A DNA stretch of 62,334 nt, filler included, from Choristocarpus tenellus KU-1152 (lineage: Eukaryota > Protista > Phaeophyceae), in the NCBI GenBank assembly GCA_964200185.2. It is 7 parts of 7 records of this genome, joined end to end, with 100 filler letters (N's around TTAATTAATTAA, not from the genome) between each part and the next. Parts side by side here need not be neighbours in the genome. Positions count along the whole stretch, not along the records: positions 30,635 to 41,997 come from CAXNAD020002367.1; positions 42,098 to 58,076 come from CAXNAD020000893.1; 5 more parts are not named here. One strand, 5' to 3'. Both the position numbers and the translations under genes were made by a program. A model generated the notes under the pieces. The model searched no databases. It had not been told where the DNA came from and saw nothing but the letters and a program-made list of their open reading frames with translations. Below, piece after piece: positions 38,101-48,317 of this stretch. Every line of letters starts with the position of its first letter. The stretch's first letter is position 1.

Positions 38101-39170
38101 TGCACTAGTATCACCTCCTCATCCATTTCTTAGATGCATGAATGACTTCTGTATTGCTTACATCTTGATACGTATCTCACAGATAGCAGATTTTGGACTC
38201 TCACGAGTGGTGACAGTGTTGACTTCAGGTAGCAGTGTCCTGCGCACGGTATGGGGAAGAACCACGGCTTGGGCTGCTCCCGAAGTGTTTCAAGAGGAGA
38301 AGAGTAGCAGAGCTAGCGATGTTTACAGGCAGGAGAAGTACTAGTACAGCAATAATTATTATTTTTCTGATGTTGTTAACAGATAATTTGCAGGTGAAAT
38401 TGAAATGGGTCTGAAGTTGAACTAACTTGATTAAATTGAGACCCAAACTAACCTGAAGGCAACAACGTGGGTAGTGAGTGTCTATGCCATAGGGGCGAAT
38501 GTTTGGCTTCTCCTGCATAGATGTTATATATAGACAGAAGTATAGTAGTAGTTGAGGTTGACTATTGTTCAGTGTTTTGCTCAGGAATCGCTAAAGAAGA
38601 ACTAACAATGTCGATGAGATTGGCTGCGCAGTGGAAATATACAGTTATCACAGTTTTGGTTAGAACTTCAAACACACATAATTGCAGGGCAACAAATGCA
38701 CCACCTAAAAGACCTGTTTTACCTGTAACGTCCCAGCACAATCATGGAATAAGGGACAACTTTTGGGAAAACAACTGAAATGCCGATTTCTTCAATTTGG
38801 TATGGTGTGGATAATTTCATGATTTGTTGAACTGAGGCTATTGTACTGTTGTTACAGTTTGTAACACTCTTTCCACAATTGTGTGATGGATCCTAGATCT
38901 GTGGTCAAGAGATACTATATTTTTGCCTTGTTTTGTACTGGTGAATCCAGCTTTGCTATTGTGTATTGGGAGGTGCTCACACTTGAAGTTCCTTGGAAGG
39001 GTAAAGCTGATAGCGCAATCATGTACAGTGTGGGCATTAAGGAGGAGCGCCCACGGCTGCCTCTGGACACGCCTGCCAAAATCAAAAGGATCATCACCAA
39101 GTGCTGGGCTACAGATCGAAGGAAGCGGCCAACTATTGAGGAGGTGGAGGAGCTGGTAAGGGTCTCATAA
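32176..39170 (+). CDS. LRR + helical domain + TKL-type protein kinase (5'-partial)
   Basis: Exons 32176-32247 (GPIPLELGLLSALKYIDLSDNQLS), 33160-33368, 34213-34281, 35888-36007 (or 36052), 36267-36368, 36487-36666, 36916-37122, 38183-38328, 38951-39170 are phase-compatible. Kinase motifs: IGQGGFAQVY, AAAK, HGDLKSLN, DFG, WAAPE, SDVYSFAIV.WE, CW..D..KRP. Confidence 0.85.
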
Positions 39171-41687
39171 TTTATGAAGTATAATATGTTGCACATCTTC
39201 ACTGCCCAAACAGATTGCATCTACTCTCCCTGAATTCGTAGCCTGGGGGATCATCAACCTTCAGATGATCAACCTTCAGTCAAGTCGGTGGGAATTAAGT
39301 TTTGTTGTCACTGGTGACTTGTCATTAACGGCACAGGTATCCCTATCAGAGTATGCCATGTACGTTAGTTTTATGTTGGTGGGGCCAAGTTTATGCATCA
39401 GAGATGGAAACTGACTGGCTTTAGGAATTCCTTTCTATCTAGGCGACCCTCCTAAATCATAGTGTCAGTTTAGCAGTTCCTCTGTTTTGTGTTATCCTCA
39501 GATACACTACAAAACGTTGATAACCCTCATTTTCAAGTATAAGGTAAGTGTTGCCCTGTTGTATAGGAAGGTCTTTGTTCTGTGCAACTCGAACACAGCT
39601 GTATTTTTTTTGGTTACCTTGTCTGTTTTGTTTCTTCCCTCCTGCCATCCCTATCATCACATATGCAAATAATGGACAGAAAATATGTATCATTTTGAAA
39701 CTAAAGACTAACCTACAGCATTGCATTAAAAATTGAATATTAACTGCAAGCAAGTTACAGTAGCTGATCTACCTACATGTCGTCTTTGTAACCGTTTTTG
39801 TTAATAAAGTGTTGTATACAACGGAATATGCGCATGGACAGGAGTGTCTACTCTTGTTTAGCTTCCAAGATATTGCTTCAGTGGCTACATAATTTCTTGC
39901 TTGCGTTTGTCATTTTTTCTAAGTAGATTGAATTCCTAATGTTATGTTTCTCATTGTGTTCTGCTAATATTTGTCTTACCCTCTTCTTTACTGTCCCTTT
40001 GCACTTGTTACATTACTACTACCTTTGTTGATCTAAATCATTGCCAGCTTGCAATGCCAGATGCAGGGGGGGGATGGCTAAATTGGTTGTTTGGATGATG
40101 CGTGTGATTGAGTTTGGAACAAACACCTGCCACTTGGAAGCACAGTGCAGCTTTTGCTTGAATGTTTTTGGCATAATGAGCTGCACAGGCGTTACACTAG
40201 ATTTTGCACTGTTGGGGCGATCATCATCTCTTCGGTAAACCTTTGAAAGTACCAAATACCGAATTCACAATGTTGGTCAAGGCAGAGACAAGTACATGAG
40301 ACCGTGAGACATGTTCATGGTGTTTTCAGTGGAGGTGTAATTGAAGGGAGATGAGATGTAGCAATTATAGAGGGATATAATGGATTAATTCAGCAAGGAG
40401 TTCAAGGCAGGTTCAAGAGGCGACTCTTGCTCTGACCATACACGATGATCGGCACAGCTGGTAGATGTCTGACATTTGAGAGTGAGGGATGTTTTTTTGA
40501 GGATGGCAAAGACGAGTTGAGATCATTGGAAGTATCCACTGAGTCCATCGACAAGAAACTGGGAATGTTTCTATGCATATGTGGTAGAGCATGTGCTTGG
40601 ATGGGAGGAGTGAGTGTTGTGGTTATCGTCGGGTTGAGTTAGGATCACATTGGTGAGTGGTTTTGTCTTGTGTGTCTGGAGGGTAGAGAGGTCTGTTTGA
40701 ATTCTTCATTGCAGTGATATTTCCCTTTTTTGAAAGTTGAATTGCCATCAAAGTGTCGTACAGTTAGTTGTTTAGTGCTCTAAGGATTACCTACCTTTAT
40801 AAAATAGCACTTTAGGATCAAGACATAATTTTTACTAGCTCACAATACGGAGTGCTATAGGATACCTCTGTGTACGAGTGGTGAACATACAGTTCTGCTA
40901 GAAAGATCTTAGTGGTTGGATGGTTTATTTGAAGTGGTCGAGTGGTGAGCAAAAGGATTAGTTGTAGGGAGTTCAATTGATCTTTTATTGTTAGGGTGTA
41001 TTGCTTTCTTAATGATGAGCGTTACTGACCAATCAATCTCCTTGTTTCTCTATTTTTCACCACTCTGCATGCCAGGATGTACCACACACCCTTTAATTTT
41101 GTTGGATACCCCTCTTTAGAGTTTTGAAAGCCTGTTCGTTTTTATCGTTAGTGTGTATAAAATAAAGATTTAGTTACCAAAGTACACAGTGAGGATAAGT
41201 CATGATCCAGATCTGATAGTGTATTAGACCAAACCAAACAGGACATACTTCTGTTTTGCTGTGTGTTTTTTTTTACATTATTTGGAAAACACACAAGCAA
41301 GCAAGAATGTGCAGTAAACATTCATTTACATTTGTAGAGCACACATTATATACATTCATTGTAGAAATACACACAGTAAATCACTCATCAACATTGTGCA
41401 TTAGACCGATCCAGGGCAAGCAGGGTGAAGGATGTGATGCTTTCTATCTCCAGAAAGGATCATGTCTATGTACACCTTGGGGATCTCCCCCCCACTGTTT
41501 CCATACCAATACACTCTGCCAAAGTGTACAACAATGTAAATACAACAATACAGACATGAAAGACTTCAAGAACAGGCATAAGGTTAAAGTTGAAAAAAAT
41601 AAATAATATGTTAAAAAAAAAAGAGAGGACATGATGTGGGAGACCTCAAAATCCACACCCAAACCTACGCAGCAAATGTCCCTTCTT

Positions 41688-41958
41688 GGGTCATAGTATC
41701 CTAGAGGGGAGATGTTTTGATGAGGTTGTCCATTTGAGGCTATACAAGGTGGTGAAAGATACCCCACTTTGATGCCCGTTTTGGGGCGACTTTCCTTTCA
41801 ATTTGGCTCGGGCAGGGGGGGAGAAAAAGAAGGGACCTTCAGATGAAGATGATAGCACTTACATGAGACAGGTTCAGCCAAATGAAATGAAAATCACGGT
41901 AAGTTCACACAAGCCCCCCAAAGGACGCCTGATAACCCCTCTAGGATACTATGTGCCT
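41688..41958 (+). mobile_element. MITE family E copy 1
   Basis: GGGTCATAGTATCCTAGAGGGG ... CCCCTCTAGGATACTATG; homologous to the reverse complement of 60842-61118. Confidence 0.8.
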
Positions 41959-41997
41959 TTTCACAGACACTCGAATACCCTAAAAGGGCATCCTGCA

Positions 41998-42097
41998 NNN
42001 NNNNNNNNNNNNNNNNNNNNNNNNNNNNNNNNNNNNNNNNNTTAATTAATTAANNNNNNNNNNNNNNNNNNNNNNNNNNNNNNNNNNNNNNNNNNNN
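41998..42097. other. Artificial contig linker
   Basis: 44N-TTAATTAATTAA-44N. Confidence 0.98.
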
Positions 42098-42292
42098 CCC
42101 CCCCCCTCTCAGATACTTTGGGTCATAAATCGATGAGAATGTGCTAGCCTTCCAAAACCCATCGAAAACCATTCTGCACACTCAATTGTCTGCAGGGCAA
42201 CCTCGGTTACACTATGTCAGAGTCAATATTTTATGTTTAGAAGTGGCAAGTGGCTACCTGTCCATTGCAGGGTAATGTATCTGGAACACAAG

Positions 42293-42550
42293 GAGCCAAA
42301 GTAAACGAGAGGTACCCAGATTTTGACCATTTTTAATTTTGAGTCTTTTCTCAATCTTTTTCAAGTCATCCATATTTTGTGGATGAAGTAAGTGTTAATT
42401 TGACTTGTGAGCGTTGGTTTCTCTGTTGTTTAGATAAGTTTGACAGAATAAAAAAGACATGCAATGCACACTTTTTTGCAGCCAGTTTTGACATGTATCT
42501 ATCAGTATCCTTAAAGTGCATCTCTGGGTACCTCTCGTTTACTTTGGCTC
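42293..42550 (+). mobile_element. MITE family D copy 2
   Basis: Perfect TIR GAGCCAAAGTAAACGAGAGGTACCCAGA / TCTGGGTACCTCTCGTTTACTTTGGCTC; flanked by AAG/AAG. Confidence 0.92.
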
Positions 42551-42841
42551 AAGTGTTGGAGGATAGTCACTTATAGCAGTACATAAGGACTGCTTCAATT
42601 CAATTCTTCAGAACTTTCCGAGTAAAGCACCAGGTAGGTAGTTAGCTCCCATGCCCGTCATTATTCATAAGAAGGTGTTGCCCTCGCCTATGGATCAATA
42701 TCGGCTTGACTCCTTAGTTGGGTGCAATAGGCGGAAGTTTGAGATCACGGTCAGGGCGTTGTTGAAGTTTGGTAATCTCCTGAGGTACTGATAAGGTAGT
42801 CAGTGCTGTTTACTTTCTCAGTAGCTCAGGAGTTACCTAAA

Positions 42842-43365
42842 GAGCCAAACCAATTGAGAGGTGGGCATGTTTGAACCATTTTGCATTCTAAGCCATCTTT
42901 CTTACCCTGAGGAATACACTCTATCCCACTGGTTTATGTGTGCAATAGAATAACCAGACTTGATATTCCACCTTTCCACACACAGAGTGACACCACAATT
43001 CAGCAGAGACTACTTCTGTAATTGTACGATATATTGGAACCTCTGTCCTTTCTTGGGATCCTTAAAACACAAGCATGAGTGAAAGTATCTTAGGGTTAGG
43101 GTACAAGTTTTGCCCTGTTTGTCCGTTTGGAGCTTGACTTCCCATGTTTTTTTAATGACATTTTCCTACTCCAAAATATTTCGGAATAGGTAAAATGTAT
43201 ACGTTATGAAAGGTGTATCCGGAGCAAGGATATTGACACTTCCTAACAAACATAATAGTCAAAATTACATCAAAATCGCAACATTGGATTTTGACCCCTA
43301 TTTGGACGCGGTTGTACACTCTAAGATACTTTGACTCCATGCCTACCTCTCATTTGGTTCGACTC
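42842..43365 (-). mobile_element. MITE family C copy interrupted by a family A copy
   Basis: GAGCCAAACCAATTGAGAGGTGGGC ... GCCTACCTCTCATTTGGTTCGACTC; flanked by AAA/AAA; about 260 bp once the nested element is removed. Confidence 0.88.
43077..43337 (-). mobile_element. MITE family A copy 4 (nested)
   Basis: GAGTGAAAGTATCTTAG ... CTAAGATACTTTGACTC; flanked by CAT/CAT. Confidence 0.92.
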
Positions 43366-43624
43366 AAAGTTCCAACAAAAGCTACTTCCAGGGTTCTCAA
43401 GCTGTCAGACTCAACGAGGTTTCACTTGGGGGTTGCTATGCCTCCCATCAAGAGCTACCTTTGTTGATGGGTCAGTTACTAAAGTGCAGTTGTGTATAGT
43501 GGTGGTCTGTCAGCCTTTTGGCGGATGTGTGAACATGATGGGAATAATACCCACGAAAGTAGCATCTGTTGAAACTTTGGTAATCCAAGTTTCGGCCTAG
43601 TTCATCTAAAGTAACTGTTGATCC

Positions 43625-43880
43625 GAGCCAGACCAATTGAGGGGTAGGCAGGGTTGCCTTTGAAGGATCCCGAGAAAGGGAAACATTACGTCATTTTGTA
43701 CACTTACAGAAGGAGCCTTTGCTTGAGTGTGGTGTCACTTTGTGTGTGGAAAGGGGGAACATCAATTTTTCACACACTTATTGTACACATAAAAAAAATA
43801 GTGTATTGCACAGGGTAAAGAAGGTGGCTTAGAATCCAAAAAAGAGTCCAAACATGCCTACCTCACAGTTGGGTTGGCTC
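43625..43880 (+). mobile_element. MITE family C copy 2
   Basis: GAGCCAGACCAATTGAGGGGTAGGC ... GCCTACCTCACAGTTGGGTTGGCTC; shares the internal block TGTCACTTTGTGTGTGGAAAGGGGGAACATCAATTTT with 46651-46917. Confidence 0.88.
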
Positions 43881-44334
43881 TCTACAAAGTCAAGGTGCTA
43901 AACTCTCTTGGAGAGATGGCAAGCCACTGCTCGCCTTCCTGCTGTCAACTAACAAAAAGCTGAGATGGCCTTTAGAGCTTCAGACATTGAACTCCAGCAG
44001 AGATAACAAGGCAGCATGTTGCCCAGACAATTCATTCCATTACCTAGAAAAAACTCCCACCCTACAGTGAATATTGCAGAGTAACCTTCATCTACCAACT
44101 GCCACAGCAGTAGTACACTGTAGTAAATGGAAGCAAATCGTTGTTGGCCTTGATGTCCTAACATTACATGCTACTGCTGGACAGGCCTCCTTTTTCAATC
44201 AACTTCTAGCATAGCGTTTCACTAACTACTGTCCCTGTCCCCCTAAGATTGGCCAAGACACCCACAGTACTACTCTCTGCCGACAATAAACGAGAATTGC
44301 GCCACCCATCACTCCTGACATTTATTTTGTACAG

Positions 44335-45647
44335 GCTGCTGCACTGGTAGATCACTCAGCGGATGCGGCCGTTGGGAACGTCACGGGCTCAAATTCCGTT
44401 AATGTTTTTCTTGGTCTGGGTCTCCCTTGGACAATAGCGACTATCTACTGGTGGATCAAAGGAAGGACCCCAGAGTGGGAAGAGCGCTATGGGGGGCCAA
44501 ATGGTCCGGGGAATGACCCTTTGGTGAGTTTGTTGAGAGTTACCAACCAAGGCTTCTATTTATTTGGCACCAAATGAAAGCCTCCCTCCCTCTAGTGGAG
44601 TATAGAGCTGAGCGTGCAACCTTCTAGTGCTCTTTCTTTTCAGACTTGATGACACACTTCTGGTGGAGGCATTTTTTTTCACCAAGTTATTGACTTGATT
44701 TAGTCTCATGCATCCACTATCAATAAGTAGTAGAAGATACATTACTTTAGCCAGTATCGCCCCAACTGCTAGGCAAATAGAGGCAAACTGGCCGAAGCAT
44801 TTGGTGGAAGGGATTGGTAGATAGGACACGTATCTTTGCTTGGCAGACAAGGCCAAGCATGGTACTACTATATTTCAAAGTAGTAGTATTACTCAGACGA
44901 GAAATGTCTCTACATCTTCGAAGCTTGACATGCCGAGATGTAGAAATTACTCATGGAGCCCATGTTGCAGGGTATAGTTGCATCATCTGTCTCCAAATGC
45001 ATGTGAGCGGCGAATGTGCCCTGGGACTAAAAGCAAGGCATGTAAACAGGGTATCAATTTAGATATGGTGGGGGACCTTTCTTTGATGACAACACTGGAC
45101 ACAAAAACCCGAATATCTTAGCCATAGTTTGATTCTGCCCACGCTTGTTGCCTTTGAGGTTTGTCGTATCATATTTTTTGTGCTTACCTCTGCTGGATGT
45201 TGTGCTGTGTCTTCATCGGCTGCTTGTTGCGCAAGCAATTCACCCCATTCAACCACACCTTTTCCTGTGGTAAGTCATCGGTCTGAACTATTCAACGCAA
45301 AACAAACTGTGCTGCAGCATGATCTCCTAGCACTAATCACAAAAACCTAGAGGGTTTCCAATACCACCTGTCGGGGTTCCTTCTGTTTGCATTGCCAGGC
45401 TCCAAACATTTATGCGGACTATCCAGATGGGGGCTTCGTGATGCCAGCAGGCAATGTGGGTAGCAGTGTGGCGATTTTCACTCTGTGCGGATTGGTCTGC
45501 CTCTTGGGGCTTGCTTATCGACGAAAAGAGTATGGGGGGGAGCTGGGTGGCCCCAGAGTGCCTCAGCTCATAACTTTTTGGGGGTTTGTTGGTCTTTGGT
45601 TCATCTACATTTCCCTCTCTATTGTTCAGGTATACGGTCTTATATGA
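44335..45647 (+). CDS. NCX: Na+/Ca2+ exchanger (NCX/SLC8 family), last two exons
   Basis: Exon 44335-44523 has the alpha-2 repeat ADAAVGNVTGSNSVNVFLGLGLPW. Exon 45399-45647 has GFVMPAG, RR..YGGELGGP and LWFIYISLS, then the stop. Upstream exons are not on this contig. Confidence 0.93.
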
Positions 45648-46650
45648 GAGTGTAGGCAGACGATTCATCGAGGTGGATCCCTCAGGAACTAAGATCCCTG
45701 TAAGTAATTGTTAACGTAGCAGTAGTACTGCTAGTAGTATTGTGGGTAAAAGCAAATGGCAGGGCTCCAAGCAGTCCTAGAAATGAGAGGTTTCCCTGCA
45801 CGACCAACTTCCTAAGCACTGTACAGCAAGTTGTGGGGGACCCCTCCAAGAGGTTGTGTGTGACTTGGTTCCTCCGGTGATGAAAATTGTCGGGAAGATG
45901 ATCGCAGTTCAACCTGTTAGAAGCCTATAGGGTAGCCCCAGGGAAAGATCCGCGAGGGAGAGGCAGGCTGGACACTGCTGCAGGAGGGCAAAAAGAATTA
46001 TCAGGCATAGCGTTGACAGACTGACAGATGCATAACAACCAACAAGGGGACTCGTAGTTGGTTGGTCAGACTGGTGCATAATCGTTCAAAAGCGAGTGCT
46101 TAGACCTGCAACACAGAAGAATTTTTTGCACCATCAATATGAAAAGTTGGAGCCTGAGGGAAAGCCCAGCAGGACACAAGACACATACAGAGAGTGTCAG
46201 AATGCAGGTCTACCTTTTGTCAACAGGAAGGAGAACAGCAGAGTGAGGGGGTTATACGAACTGCTCTTTTGCCAACCAAGAGAACACACAATTAACTGTC
46301 TGTGCAAAATTACTCAGGAAATTACCTCTACAGGTATTACCACTACAACCGTACACACACTAACCCAGTAATTTACTGCTCACAACACTCCACCCCAAGC
46401 AAAAGTATGCATATATATATTTGAGAGAACTGCTGAATATCTTGCCATAATACAAACAAGTATGCAATTGTGGGATATGCATACGAGCCTTCGTATCTTT
46501 AGAGGGGTCTAATTTTGGTCATTATTGGTATTTAGGGCTTTTGAAACTTCCTTCCTGACACTCAATTCCCTTGTCTGAAATGCAGCTAACCTCCCTTAGG
46601 AGGGTCTGCTATAGAAGCGAACAAAATTGTCTGTCCATTCCTATGCTAAT

Positions 46651-46917
46651 GAGCCAAACCAATTGAGAGCCAGGCTGGGTTGCATTTGAAGGGTTCTGAG
46701 AAGTGCAAAAAGATGCCACTTGATACAATTAATTGCAGAAAGAGTCTTTGCTTTTGGTTGTAGTGTCACTTTGTGTGTGGAAAGGGGGAACATCAATTTT
46801 GCGTACACTATTGTGCACATAAAGCAATGAAATAGAGTGTAATACACAGGGTAAGAAAATATGGCTTAAGAAAGAAAAAATGGTTCAAAGCTGCCTACCT
46901 CTCAATTGGTTTGGCTC
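46651..46917 (+). mobile_element. MITE family C copy 3
   Basis: GAGCCAAACCAATTGAGAG ... CTCTCAATTGGTTTGGCTC (perfect 19-bp TIR); flanks AAT/GAT. Confidence 0.9.
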
Positions 46918-47132
46918 GATACTATTTTCTAGTATCACTACCTTCAATATATTCGTGGTATAATTCTTTATATTTATTAACTTTGTGGAATATTCCAACC
47001 CATCGTTAGAGGCACTACACACTGTACAGTAGGCACTAGTTCTAGTTCTTACAGTTCGGGCAGGCTAGATGTCTTCTAGTTCAAAGGCACGGTATGAAGT
47101 GGATGATGAAGGGGTGTTCTTGGATGATTGTG

Positions 47133-47270
47133 GAGTGGTGTGGGGGAGTGGAAAGTGGGGGGAAGTGTTGGGAGGGTTAAGTGGTGTTGAATGGTGTGGT
47201 GGAGTGGTGTTGAGTGGTGTGGGGGAGTGGAAAGTGGGGGGAAGTGTTAGGAGGGTTAAGTGGTGTTGAA
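47133..47270. repeat. G/T-rich direct duplication (about 59-bp unit, 79-bp period)
   Basis: GAGTGGTGTGGGGGAGTGGAAAGTGGGGGGAAGTGTTRGGAGGGTTAAGTGGTGTTGAA starts at 47133 and 47212. Confidence 0.85.
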
Positions 47271-47525
47271 TAATAAACAAAATCCCAAGATGCCGAACCG
47301 TGAGAAATGATATCAAGTAGGTGGGGTGGACCTCGTTTGTGACAGTATGACACAACTCCTTACGCGTTAGAGTTAAAGGATCAGTGTTTTGATCCTCAAC
47401 CAGATTTAATGTTTCGTTGTAGTTTGAAGTAGTATGTTTCATGTTCCAGAGATCCTCCAAAAAAAAAAACAATTGCCAGATCAGGAGAAGGAAGGCAACA
47501 TGCAAAGTAGGGTGGGTGTACATAT

Positions 47526-47762
47526 GAAGTTAAATCAATTTTGAGAGGTAGGAGGGAAGGTTGCATATTATGGATCTCGAGAAAGGGCAAAAAGATGCAT
47601 TTTGTACAATAATAATCGCAGGAAGAGTCTTCTTTGCTTCATTGTGATGTCACTCTGTGTGTTGAAAAGGGGAATATCAATTTTGCGTACACTATTATTG
47701 TACACACAGACCAAATGAAGTGTTAGATTATACCGCAAATACATGGTGAGAAAGATGCCTTT
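47526..47762 (+). mobile_element. Degenerate MITE family C copy (right TIR lost)
   Basis: Contains TGAGAGGTAGG..GGTTGCAT..GAGAAAGGGCAAAAAGATGC and TGTCACTCTGTGTGTTGAAAAGGGGAATATCAATTTTGCGTACACTATT. Confidence 0.75.
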
Positions 47763-48033
47763 GGCAAATCCTCAATCTATGACAAAGGATTGAACGGACA
47801 TTTTGGAAGTAGTTGAGTTTTTTTCTTCGTGTAGTAACTCACATTTTCAATCTGCTCGTGTCTATTTATTATTCAAGATTGAGATCATAAGAGTCAGTCA
47901 TCACTACCACCAAAGTATATAAAGGAAAAAGAGAATTCTTGTGACTCCTCAATATAAACCCTATATTGTCAAATGTCACATCAGTTGGATACCCTCATAT
48001 GTCACATTCCAACCCATTCATACACAAAAAGGA

Positions 48034-48087
48034 TCAGTCAGGCATACATCAAGGTCAGTCAGGCATACATCAAGGTCAGTCAGGCAT
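48034..48087. repeat. 21-bp tandem repeat, about 2.6 copies
   Basis: Unit TCAGTCAGGCATACATCAAGG at 48034, 48055 and partially at 48076. Confidence 0.9.
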
Positions 48088-48180
48088 TCGTTTCTCAGAT
48101 CCGTCAAATCCCTCCACAGTATTCCTAATAAACTTTACCCACATCCCCAAACATATTTGTTGCAGTGCTTGGTGTCAATA

Positions 48181-48240
48181 GAGTCTCTCTTCCCCTTGCA
48201 AGTTTAGACCGCCAACCCGAATATGGGGGAAGAGAGACTC
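48181..48240. repeat. 60-bp inverted repeat with perfect 15-bp arms
   Basis: GAGTCTCTCTTCCCC-30 nt-GGGGAAGAGAGACTC. Confidence 0.85.
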
Positions 48241-48317
48241 CTTGTCTTTAGTTTTTTAGTGAGGGTTAATCATGATCGTAACGATCCGTTAGATATCATA
48301 CATAATTGTTACGCCCA

